From positions 10,795,415 through 10,859,414 of the forward strand of contig JAHRHZ010000087.1 in the NCBI GenBank assembly GCA_024137785.1: a stretch of DNA of 64,000 bases. Direction: 5' to 3'. Of the stretch, positions 26,166 to 37,849 are shown in pieces; the stretch's first letter is position 1, and every line of letters starts with the position of its first letter. The stretch comes from Ginglymostoma cirratum. Lineage: Eukaryota. The translations under genes were made by a program, and so were the position numbers. Under the pieces are notes generated by a model. That model had not been told where the DNA came from. It did not search any database and worked only from the letters and a program-made list of their open reading frames with translations.

Positions 26166-27390
26166 ATGGATTCAGCACGCACCCGTGCCCCAGGTCAGGA
26201 GGTGGCCTGGAAGAAGCTGCACCGGTTGATTGGATGTTTTTTGTGAAGAGGGTTCTGCTGGACTGCTGTGGATTCCAAGCGGCAGACATCTCCTGCCTGC
26301 AAGATTTCCCCAGCGGTGGATATTTTGATGTGACTTCCCCAAATCCCTGGCAAGATACGTGAAAATGGAGAGGAGCAGCAGTGATGTGACGGACCCCTTC
26401 AGGATCTGGACCAGTGAACAGCAGGTTAAGGTAACCCTGAGGGCAGATGTGGATGAGAACATCCTCCGCCCATCGTCCAGATTTGTATTTAGTGGGAGCT
26501 GAGGCTACCTGACATATGCAGGGCACCCCAAGGTGTGTCAGACCTGCGGGAGGTCAGCGCACGTGGTGGAAGAGTGCACTGTGACCCTGTGCAGGACCTG
26601 GTATGGAGGAGGGACACCTGGCAAAGGACTGCCAAAAGACACAGAATTGTAACCATTGTGGAGAAGCAGGCCATCTGTATATGATATGCTCAGGACAGGG
26701 GGCTGCACCTGCTCAGATGGTGAGTGGGAGCAATGTGGGCCGAACCCTCCCAAAGAACAGTAAAGTGCCACCCTCCAGCGGGGAAAACTAACAGGCAGGC
26801 ATGCAGCAGGAGGGTCAAGCTGCAGAAGAGAGACATGGAGCCAGCGCAGAGGCAGAACAGACTCCTCCCCCTCACGAGAATCTGAGTCGATGGAGGAGGA
26901 GGTGATGAAGGAGTCAGAGGAGTGGAAAATGGTCAAGAAAAAACCTCACCAGGCCCCCATATCCCAACAACAGAACAGGAAGCGGCAGCTACAGGATGGC
27001 CAAAGAAGCTCCTCTGATGAAGAGGATTCAGAGGGAGGGCCATCATCAAAAAAGGAGGATCAAGGTTACCAGGGATAAACAGAGGTACTACCCTGCCCAA
27101 AAATGGTGGATGTCAGCAGATCCCTGGCAAAACTCAGCCGTCCATTGTCGGGAACCTGGGGGCTCCCTCCACGTCACAGCTCCAGGTAATCGAGAGTAGC
27201 AGCACTTCAAGTAAGGAGCTGGGGACGACAGCTCCACCTCCGCCCCCCCCCCAGACGGGAAATGGCCCGAGAGACGAACTGAACAGCTACCTCAGCCCTG
27301 CGAGAGTCCAACTGTTTGCCCACATTATGGGGATGCAGGGACTACCGCAGTGATAAGATCTCAAGAAAACGGACATCATGCTCTAACCAT
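26166..27390 (+). pseudogene. Tx1 ORF1 (ZCCHC3-like zinc-knuckle RNA-binding protein), frameshifted
   Basis: MFFVKRVLLDCCGFQAADISCLQDFPSGGYFDVT (from 26234); YAGHPKVCQTCGRSAHVVEEC..C..EEGHLAKDC..CNHCGEAGHLYMIC; charged low-complexity tail. Confidence 0.85.
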
Positions 27391-27404
27391 TGTATCAACC
27401 TAAA

Positions 27405-30132
27405 ATGGGTTTTGTAAACTGTAAATACTAAGGTGGGTAGAGTTAAATCTACCACGTGATGTAATTCCACATTAGCTTACCTGGCCTACATTAAAGCAGA
27501 CCTCCTGCTTCTGCAGGAGTGTGGGATACTGCACCTCAGCAGCGACAGGAAATGGTCGAGCTTGTGGGCCTATTGGCCTTCAATTTGCTTGGTGAGCAAA
27601 GATTGCTGCTCCTCCTGCCTGGGTAGTCTGCTGTGAGGAGTCAACTTCACCGTCTCTGAAGTTAAGGAGGTGGTGTGTGAGTGCCTCCTCCTGGCAGACA
27701 TTATGTAGAGGAACGCTCCCCAAGACTGACTAATGTGTACATCCCAGTGGTAAAGAGTGAGCGTTTGGCCATCATGCAACAGCTTCCACTCCAGCTGGCT
27801 ACACCCAGGCAGGTCATTCTGGCGGAGACTTCAACTGCATCATCAATGCAGATGGAAGATCCTGTGTGGGGTCAAGCCAGTGTTCTTCTCTAACCACTGC
27901 CTTATGTTGGCCAACTGTCACCTACAGGATGACCAGCAGGCTGGCAAGGGAATGTGGAAGCTTAATGTGAAACTGTTGACCCCAGAAAACATTGGAGGAG
28001 CTCAAAAGAGATTACACGGGTTGGAGAACCGTGAAGCCCATCTTTGAGTCTCTAGGGGGTATGGTGGAAACGGTCAAAGCGAACATGAAGAAGTTCTTTA
28101 CCTTCAAAGGTGTTCAGAAGGCGAGAGAGAGGTGGAGAAAACTGAAACAACTCCAGAAAAGGATGCAGAACCTGCTCCTGCTGCAGACAATGAGGGTCGA
28201 TGTCACGGATGATCTCTAGGAGGTGAAGAGCCAGCAAGTTTCACGCTTCGCCTCAGTGGCCACCAAGTTAATCTTCTGGTCCAGGGTCTGCTCTTTGGAG
28301 CAGGATGAGAACTGCTTGCGTGCCTTGCAGAAGATGCACAAGGAGAGCTCTGTGCTCAGCAGCCTGAAGGAAGATGATGGTTTGGTAATGTCATCTCAGT
28401 CTGACATCCTGTAGATCATCAGATCTTTTTGTGCCAGACTGTATGACATGAAGCCCACAGGCAGCGTGGCCTCCCAGTCATTCCTGCCCTCTATCATTGA
28501 GATCTTGGATGACAACAAACCGGAGAGGCTGGACCAGCCACTATCGCTGGATGAGCTGACCAAGGCCCTCCAGTCTGTGGAAAAGAATAAAACTCCCGGA
28601 AGTGATGGCTTACTGGCCGAGTTGTATTCCGCTCTGTGGGACTTTATTGGCCAGGACCTGCTGGAGGTGTAGAACAGTATGCTTCGGGTAAGTACCATGT
28701 GTGAATCCGCGAGGAAAGGCATCATCACCCTCATCGACAAGCAGAAGAGGGAGAGAGAAGAAATTAGAAATTGGTGACCAATTTTGCTGTTGAACGTAGA
28801 TTATAAAATCCTGTCTAAGGTCATGGCCAACCGGGCCAGATCTGCTGTGGGATTGTTAATTCACCCCGACCCAACCTGGGCAGGAAGATTGCTGAGAACC
28901 TTGCGCTCCTCAGGGATAAGGGATACAATCACCTACGTGCAGGACCGAGGGATAGATACCTGCCTCATCAGCCTGGACCAGGATACTGTGCACGTGCATG
29001 AGTGGTGTTCTCTCCAAATTGGGCTTCGGGGAGGAAATCTGCAATTGGATCCGACTGCTCTCCACCAACATTGTTAGCACAGTCTCCATCAATGGGTGGG
29101 AATCAGAAAGCTTCCCAATCTAGAATCAGACAGGGCTGCCCACTCACCTGTCTTTTTTTGTATGCTGCATAGAGTCCTTTCCTGAGTCCGTCAGGAAAGA
29201 TGCGAGCCTGAGAGGGGTGACTGTTCCAGGCAGTGGAGGCCTGCAGGTCAAATTCTTGCTGTAAATGGATGAAGTGGCCGTTTTCTGCTCGGATCCCCAA
29301 TGCTGCCCTCACCCTGATGGCCAACTGTGTGTGTGGCTGCGTCAATATGTGCATAGATCCTCAGTACGCAGGTGCCAAGTGTCACTACTTACTGAGATTC
29401 TACCTGTGCCTGGTGTTGTGCAGGATAGGCTTGGCCTCATTGCCGTGGAATGCTCCAAGTAGTTGGATTATCGCATACCACCTTTCGTTCGGGGAGAAAT
29501 TTGTGAAGAAAAATACCTTTGACCATAAGTCCACGAGGCAGTGGTCAGCACGTAGTGTCCTCGAGAGCCTTCAGGAAAAGGAGAGGGTGAATCTTGTCGA
29601 GTGGTTCCCTGTGCAGACTGCCCAAGCCATTTGGCAGAATGCCTCATCACCGGCGCTTTCCAACAAGCACCAGGACATTGCTTGGCTGGTGATGGTGAGA
29701 AAGGCTCTGCCTGCGAGATTCTTCATGCACGCTTAGACTCTCTGTGCCACCACACACTGCCCTCAAAGTGGCTGCAGCGGGGGTGAGACTGTCAAACACC
29801 ACCTTCTGGAATGTGCTTATGCGAAGGAGGGAAATGCAATGGTTTTTGTTGAGGTTTGTCCCAAACAACTCCGTGACGCAGGACTCTGTGCTATACGGTC
29901 TGTTTCCCAGGACATACACCAAGACCAACATCACCTGTGCCTGGAGGACCATCAACGCGATGAAAGATGCACTTTGGTCTGTCTGAAACTTGCTGGTCTT
30001 CCAGTTGAAAGAATTGACCCCGACTGAGTGTTGCAGACTGGCTCGTTTCGAGGTCTCGGACTATGTGCTGAGGGACATAATAAAGCTTAGGACCGCTACC
30101 ACATTGGCACAGTGGGGAAAGACCACTGTGTA
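27405..30132 (+). pseudogene. Tx1 ORF2 (APE endonuclease, reverse transcriptase, zinc-binding C-terminus), disrupted
   Basis: DLLLLQE, NVYIP, GDFNC, (S)NHCL, GMWKLN, KTPGSDGL..ELY, LLNVDYKILSKV, SLDQ, RQGCP, MDEVAVF, CPQSGC..ETVKHHLLEC. Many stops and frameshifts; deletions near 27865 and 29298. Confidence 0.92.
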
Positions 30133-30659
30133 AAGTCCTTCTGCCAAAGCAAAGCAGGGGGTCCATTCAGTAACCAGACCCTGCCGATGCCTCAGCTAAA
30201 TGCCAAGAGTTTAATTGTAAAAATAGAGAAGGACAGATGCCAATATTTATTTCATTTGCTGTAAGTAATGACCGTATAGATCGGAGTGGCTACATTTAAC
30301 TGTGTATGCACATAAAGATTTCCTTCCATGAATAAAGTATATTTTTGCAATTAAAAAATGAGGCATGAGTGGAATGTTCCTCTAATGAGGTCGGAGGGGG
30401 AGAACAAGCTATACAACTGCCCAAACACACTCGTCTTCAACCAGAAACCACATTGGTGCAAGATAACACTGGAACTAACATTTACCCGATCTTTCTTTCT
30501 TTTAGAGCACAGGTTTGGTCCATGTCTTTCTGTGCTCAATTGAAACTCCACTTAATGCATTCTACCTATATATTAAATACAGTGGACATGCAATTAACAT
30601 AGATGAAGCTATCCGTATAAATTAACACACTTCTGCAGAATAAGAAGTTTAATGACTTG

Positions 30660-31060
30660 ACCACAGAATCACCAAATTTGTTAAAGGGCAGAAGGAGGCC
30701 ATTCAGCCCATCATGCCTGCACTGGTTCTGTTACGTAATGCCAATCTCCTGCCTTTTCCCCATATTCCTGTATGCCATTTTTATTCAAATAACCATGCCC
30801 TCTTGAATGCCTCAACTGAACCTGCTTCCACGACATTTCCAAGCAGTGCATTCCATAACCCAACTACTTGCTGCATTTTTTTCTCCCATCACCCTTGCTT
30901 CATTCGCACATTGCTTTAAATTATACAGAAAAAAAGAACGAGAGAGCATAAGTGGAACAGCTTCTCCCTATCAACTCTGTCAAGCCCACTCATGATTTTG
31001 AAAACCTCAATCAAATCTCCCCTCATTCCCAGCTTCTTCCATCTATCTTCATAACTGAGA
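30660..31060 (-). mobile_element. Old CR1 LINE 3' fragment
   Basis: Minus ORF LSYEDRWKKLGMRGDLIEVFKIMSGLDRVDREKLF. Confidence 0.85.
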
Positions 31061-31554
31061 GATAACTGATCAGGGCAGGCAAGGTAAGAAAAGATCCACA
31101 TACAGGAAAAACAAAAGGTGTAATGTAATGTTAAACCATTTCTCAGAATTAATTATTATCTAAGATGCAGATGATTCCAATTTTATGTTAATTTAATGTG
31201 TTAATTATCCTAATTTTTAGACAATCTGTTTAGAAAAGATGAAAAAAACAGAAGAATCTTGTGTTTGAACCACATTTGGTTCGGCTTTAACAATAACAGA
31301 AAGGAAGACTATCTGACTTGAAAATGCATAGTTTATTAGACAAAATTTGTCTTCATTGTACTGGCCAGTTGAAAAATTTGTCAACTTGGCATTGGCACAG
31401 ATTTTAAGGGTTGTTTGAGCTCTTAGTAATGTCTCTGACCATGAGAGGTTCTGTTGTGCATGTTCTCTTCTCACAGCCAGGGTGGCAGTACAGGAAATGG
31501 CCTGGAGGAAGGGGCAAGATATGAGCAGGCTTCCTTTGCATTGTAGTTTTTAAA

Positions 31555-31670
31555 AGAAGCAAAATAGTGTGAATGCTGGGAATCTGAAATAAAAACAGGA
31601 AATGATGAAAATACTGGAGTCAGGCAACTTGTGTGGAGAGGTGAACTGATTTACTTTTCGTTAGACTTGG
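31555..31670 (-). mobile_element. Older Penelope-like terminal repeat fragment
   Basis: tgaatgctgggaatctgaaataaaaacaggaaatg..gtcaggcaacttgtgtggagag, related to 56790-56925. Confidence 0.5.
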
Positions 31671-34600
31671 GAAAAGTAACAGCTGCAACAGATTTTAACT
31701 GAGTAAAGATGTAACAATTGCCCTTTTTACCCTCTCCCTTCCCAATGTTCAAGTCCAAATGATCCCTTTTAATGTAACAGTTGAATAACTTGTACTACTT
31801 TTTATTATATTGTACTCATTGCTGATAATATGGCCTGATGTATGATGGAGAGACCAAACGCAGATTGGTCTGTTGAGTCTGCAAAGTCTGAGCTGAGTTT
31901 ATCATGTTAGTTTTCTGCTCTTAGTGTAGGAATGAAGCTCAGCATAAGTTTGAGTAACAATGCCTCATCTTTCAATTAGGCACTGCAAAACATATTGGAT
32001 TTAACAATGAGTTGAACAATTTCAGATTGTTATCTTGCCTCCAATTATTTTCTGTTTTGTGCTTTTATTTTACGATTGTGGATGTTGGTGATGAATCTAT
32101 TATTCCTATTTTATGCCTCCTCTGGATACATTTTTGATTTCTTTCATTGCCTTATTACAATATCTCTTTATTTGCCATTTTCACTGACCTTTTCATAGCA
32201 TTCATAACTTTGGGGCAGTTACTATCCAAGAGAGGCCATTTCAGAAATAGTTCAGGAACGGATTGGCATTCCCTTTACCCTTTGTCTATGGGGCTCAGTT
32301 ATACAAGTTTTTTTTTCTCTGGTTTCAACCAAAAGTGTTTTGTTTTTAACCAAGCCTGGAAGGTATATCTTTGCGCCCATTTATTTTTGTAGGGGCATAG
32401 GCAGGGGTGTTCCCAAAATACATTCCATTACAACCTCGGTGGGATAGGATATGGAGGATTTAAAAAAAAAACAACCCTAAATCATCAGAAAGAAAAACAG
32501 GAACTGAAAAAGTTGTGTTTTTAAAAAAAAAACATATATCCCAAAAAACAATGAGCACTTGAGAATTTACAGAACTTCCAAGCTTGTCTGATCTAATATC
32601 TGTGATTTGTGCCTTTTATAACGCCTAGCAACACAAGTTGCTTCATTTCTACAGCCAGTGATTGAATTGCATAACTGAAACATGATATGGAAAATGTGAT
32701 GTGGCTTCATCTTTAATACCATTTAATTTCTATTTGGCTAATCATATTTGGGTGTGATTGTTAAATGTTCATTATCTGTCAGAAATGATGTAGCCTATCA
32801 GACTCTAAAATGGGTACAAATTTAATACTAATGATGCCTTCCCAATTCCCAACCATGTGTTCAATTTGAGTACATTACTATTGAGTAAAATCATCTCTGT
32901 TGATATTAACCACAGTATGATTAATTCTGTGTCACCTTTTTTTCCATTTCTATACTGAGTAGCAATTGGACATAGAATTATTAGTGATGTACTTCAACTT
33001 TCGTACCGTGTTCTTCATCAGAAGTTTTTTTTTAAAGATGCAAAATGGTCATCCTAACACTCATTGTTATCTAGATTATATGCTTGACCATAAAATGAAT
33101 GAATTTGAAATACCGAAGCAGGCTTAGCTCTCACTCAGATCCTATTCTGTGTAACTAAAGGTGAACTGTCTGTGTGGAAGATCAAAAACTAAGGAGTGTG
33201 CATTCTTCAAAGACCAGACTCTTTTTTCTGAAAAAAGACCACACCAGCTGGACTGAGGAAAAAAGTCTCCAGGTAACATAGTTAATTCTATCGGAATACC
33301 GACTATCAGAAATGTTCTGCTCTTGACTCAATACAGAATTTTGTTCAAAGCATGAAATATGGATTGAAATAATTCTTTCATGGAAAATAACCTGATTCAA
33401 GTATCATAATGTTATATTATGGTCATCAGTGCTGCAGAAAATGAGCAGATTGCTCTTTGATTCATTTCTTTCACCAATCAAGAATCTGTCAACTGAGAAG
33501 CAAAGGCTACTGATTACCTATTCACCTGTGAGATTTTGATGGCCCAGTAAATCATGACATTGTGTGTAAAGGATTTATTTTGGTAAAATGTAACTTCTAT
33601 TGTTAGTCTTGATTGAGCTGTAAGACAGGTGCTGTTGACTTAACTCTTGGCAATTAAATTCATGAGCACACTGTGGTCAACCATTGGAAAGCAGATATTT
33701 GTATTCCCTCAATGAGGCTAATCACATTTTCTACTTAGCATACCCACTCTCGCCTGAGGTGTAGTGATCCTTAGGTTAAGCCACTACCCCTCATCTCTGT
33801 CTAAAAGAACAGCCCTATGATCCGTTAAAACTACAGTGATTTAGCTTTTTAGATGTTTAGTAATGAGAAGATGTAATTTGACTGGCGTCTGCGTGCTTCC
33901 CCCACCTTCCGCAACCTGTCTTGAGTACCTCCATAACCCTGCAGGCTTTTCTGGAAAATCTGTTTTCTTTGCTTTTTTGTTTTCTTTGCTCTCACCTCAG
34001 ATTTATGAAATGTTTACATCCAAATGAATTGAGTAAAAGTATTTTTCTAGATTATAAAACAGTGCAATTTGTAAAATAAAGTGTAAATGAGCAACAAAAC
34101 CTTTTGTGACTGGATACACAAATTTTTAAGGTGACTTGGTAAATCATGAAGTGGGCTTTGTTTAAGAAAAACACAAGGATTAATTATATTTAAAGTTGAT
34201 TAAGTATAACTGAAATGCAAAGAGAACTGAATTTTCATGGCGCTAAATTGATTCTAGAGATGTTTAAGAACATTGAAGGATCTTTGTACAGATTCAAACC
34301 ACCATTTCTGATAGTTCTCATTATTTTTTAATTGACTGGGGAATAAGTGTTATATGAATTGTACCGTGCGAAATCCAAACTCAACAGGAGCATTTGAAAT
34401 TAATGCTGTGTTCAAACAGACCCCATTTCCACAAATCAAATGGCCTTTAACGTGGAGTGTGGAATTATACAGGAGGCATGGTACTTGTGAAGGCTGGATT
34501 AAAATCAGTTTGTGTCAAGATCTGAAGTTATTTACGTGCCTTTAATCATGAAATAAAACTGACTGCAGCTGTTAGTGAAAAACAAAGAAAACCATTGTTG

Positions 34601-34699
34601 TGGAGTGCATTGATTAGCAGACCATCTGGTGTAGTTTAGGAAAAAAACGTCATTAACCATATTTGGTTTTTCATTTTCAGTAACAATCACTGTTGATGC

Positions 34700-35522
34700 T
34701 TCAGTGTGATTTGGACAAGTTGAGTAACTGGGCAAATGTATGCCAGATGAAGTATGCTGTAGATAAATATGAGATTATCAATTTAGGTAGCAATAACAGG
34801 AAGGCGGATTATTATTCAATGACAAAAGATTGAGCAAAAGGAAGGGGCAATGCAATCTTGGTGTCCTTATACACCAGTCACTGAAAGTAAGCGGGTGCAG
34901 CAGACTAATGCTATGTTGGCCTTCATAGTGAGAGAATTTGAGCACAGGAGCAGGGATGTCTTTCTTCAATTTGATCTTAGTGAGACTACACCTGGAGTAT
35001 TGCGTGCTGTTTTGGCCCCTCTATCTGAGGGAGGATGTTCTTGCTGTGGAAGGAGTGCATCAAAGGTTTACCAGATTGATCGCTGGGATAGCAGGACTGA
35101 TGTATGAAGAGAGACTGAGATTTAGAAGAACAAGGGGGTGAAATCTCCTAGAGACTTGTAAAATTTTGAATGAACTAGACAGAGTGAATGTAGGAAGGAT
35201 GTTCCTGATGACTAACAAGGGGGTCCAGAAACAGGCAGCAGCCGAAGTATATGCAGTAGGCCATTTAGGATGGAGATAAGAAGAAATTTCCTCACTAAAG
35301 AGTGGTGAACCTGTTGAATTCTCTGCCACAGGAAGTGGTTGAGACCTAAAGACTGGATGTTTTCAGGAAGGAGTTAGATGGAGTTGGATACAGTTCTTTG
35401 AGCTCCCTGGATCAAAGGATGTGGGGTGAAAGTGGGAACAGGGTATTGAGTCGGATAACCAGCTTGACACAACGAATGACAGAGTAGGTTGAAAGGACCG
35501 AATTGCCTATTCCTGGTTCTAT
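34700..35522 (+). mobile_element. CR1 LINE 3' fragment
   Basis: LVRLHLEYCVLFWPLYLREDVLAVEGVHQRFTRLIAG..MYEERL; 3' UTR ending gaccgaattgcctattcctggttctat. Confidence 0.9.
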
Positions 35523-36299
35523 TTGCCAATTCTCAAAGGCTTCTTTTACAGTTGAACCCATCATGAATGCTTGAGTTTCACATTTCAAAATCAATTATGT
35601 CTGTAGTCACATTTTGGTTTTCAAGAGATTGTTCAAGGATAAACTGTCTTCACGTGGTTAGTGAATAGAACTTTGTCTGATAAACCCATTGATCATGTGA
35701 GGGAATTAAAACAAGTTGAGTCTGTTAAGACATGAATAGTTTTAAGTTGAATATATACTTTGTACGCTAAGGATAGGAAGACAAGGTTTAGGTTCATTCT
35801 TGTGTTCTTGGTTAATGCTAAGAAGTCTGGAGGTCTGTTTTAGTAAGGTTTTAAACCTACAAGGTGAACAGTTCTGTACATTTTAGTAAAAGCAGAGAAA
35901 AGAAATTGCTGTTGCTTAGTGACAGGTCCAATAACATAAAGACAAAATAATTCAAACTCTGTGTGTGATGTGGGTCAGGGAGTGAAGAACTGCAGGTTGG
36001 AGTTAAAATCATAATCAGTTTAATTTGCAGTTTGTCTGGAATGCCTCAGTGACCGATACTTGCTGAAGGAACAAAACATTTATTGATTGCACGGAAGTTC
36101 AGTGAAAGGAAACTGGTGGCAGCTATACCAGCCTGAGTCTGACCACTAAGTTGTCTTCTGGAGATACTGGTGACTCTTCACTGAGGTTTGAGTATCTGTA
36201 AGGATATTGCTGGGATATAAACAGTATCGTGAATGAGTCTTTTCCTGATATCTACAGTAAAAACTTTCCAATTATTTTTAATCTGTCTAGTGTATTTTC

Positions 36300-37045
36300 T
36301 TTTAAATTCATTTGTGGGATCTGGGCTTCGCTGGTTGGCCAGCATTTATTGCCTGTCCGCAACTGCCCTTGAGAAGATGGTGGTGAGCTACTGCCTTGAA
36401 CTAGCGCAGCCCACCTGCTGTGGGTTGATCCATAATGCCACCAGGGAGGAAATTCTATGATTTCTTCCCTAATGACAGAGAAGGGATGACTATATATTTC
36501 CAAGTCAGGATAGTGAGTAGCTTGGAGGGGAACTTGCAGGTGGTGGTGTTCCCATGTCTCTGTAGCCTTTGTCCTTCTAGGTGGTAGTGGCTGTGGGTTT
36601 GGAAGCTGCTGTCTGAGGTTCCTGGGTGACTTACCACAGCACATCTACTGCAGCATCAGTGGTGGAGAGTGGATGTTTGTGGATGCAGTGCTAATCAAGT
36701 AGACTGCTTATTCCTGAATGGTATCAAGCTTCTTGAGTGTTGTTAGAGCTGCACCCATCCAGGCTAGTGGGAAGTATTCTAGCACACTCCTGACTTGTGA
36801 CTTATAGATGATAGACAGACAGGCTTTGAGGAGTCAGGAGGTGAGGCACTCACCACAGTATCTCTAGCTTCTGACCTGTTCTTGTAGCCACTATGTGTGT
36901 TTGTTTATTTGGCAAGTCCAGATGAGGTTCTGGTCAATGGTAACCCCTAGGATGTTGATAGTGGGGGATTCAGTGATGGTAACACCATTGAATATCAAGG
37001 GGTAGTGGTTAGATTGTCTCTTATTGGAGATGGTTATTGCCTGAC
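36300..37045 (-). mobile_element. LINE 3' fragment (CR1-group family also at 39755 and 47820)
   Basis: Minus ORF LRQQLPNPQPLPPRRTKATETWEHHHLQVP; antisense of 39755-40355. Confidence 0.8.
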
Positions 37046-37089
37046 AAAATATAACTTGTATTCTTTGTGTTTAATAAGTATTTTGTTCC

Positions 37090-37500
37090 TTATGTTGAAG
37101 GTACAGCTGGAGTACTGTGTATAGTTGTGACATCATCAAATAATGCACCTATAAAATAGTACAGGGAGGTTTACTAGGTTAGCAATTCAGTTAAGAGGAG
37201 CAATTGAAACATTTTAGGTCTGAAAATGAACTGTTTAGAGACCCTAAAAAAAAAAATTGTCAAGATGGTGGGACATTTTAAGAAAATAGGTGAAAAATAT
37301 TTTGTGTATTGAATGGCTATAACTACAGGCCATAGATTCAAAATCATTGGCAAAAGACCATGAAGTAAAGTGACATCCTTTCACATATTGTTAGGATCTG
37401 TAATGTACTAGCTGGAAAAAGGGTTTTCCATAAATAATTTTAAGAGGGAGTTGAACAGGTGTTTGTGAATATTAAGGGAACAGGTAAGAGTGATTGGCGA
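37090..37500 (+). mobile_element. Highly decayed CR1 fragment
   Basis: cagctggagtactgtgtatagtt (QLEYCV), gtacagggaggtttactagg, actacaggccatagattcaaaatc. Confidence 0.5.
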
Positions 37501-37849
37501 GCAAAATTCCCACATTGGAATATCTAGTACTCTTGGCAAAGTAGTGATGTAGACTTGGGTCACAGATTCTCATTTGATAGTCTACGTTTTCAATCACTTT
37601 ATCTTAACAGAATTTTGTTTTTGAAATCCCATTTTACATGCTTGATGCAACAAAGAGATGCTCAGATAGTATGAATGCTGGCAACTATTTCCGACACAAA
37701 TGTGAGACTATGTGCAAACATAGCCTTTCTAATCTGGCTTCCACGATACAGAATTTTTCTCATCCCACTGAATTGTTTCAGCCTTTGAGTCTCATTTACC
37801 AACAGCCATGTTCTATCCAAAATCCCTGGTGATGGTTACCGCTGGTAAT

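Larger units (their letters stand above)
25988..30358 (+). mobile_element. Tx1-clade non-LTR retrotransposon (Keno-like, U2-associated), both ends present but degenerate with internal deletions
   Basis: U2 head, ORF1 with three CCHC knuckles, ORF2 with APE, RT and C-terminal zinc motif, AATAAA at 30331 and an A-rich tail at ~30349-30358. Confidence 0.9.

Noticed and set aside
26164-30166. Minus-strand ORFs across the Tx1 element
   Set aside because: Shadow ORFs of GC-rich retrotransposon coding sequence with no motifs of their own.
30409-30460. YNCPNTLVFNQKPHWC resembles the end of a chitin-binding CBM14 domain
   Set aside because: The other conserved cysteines are missing; probably chance.
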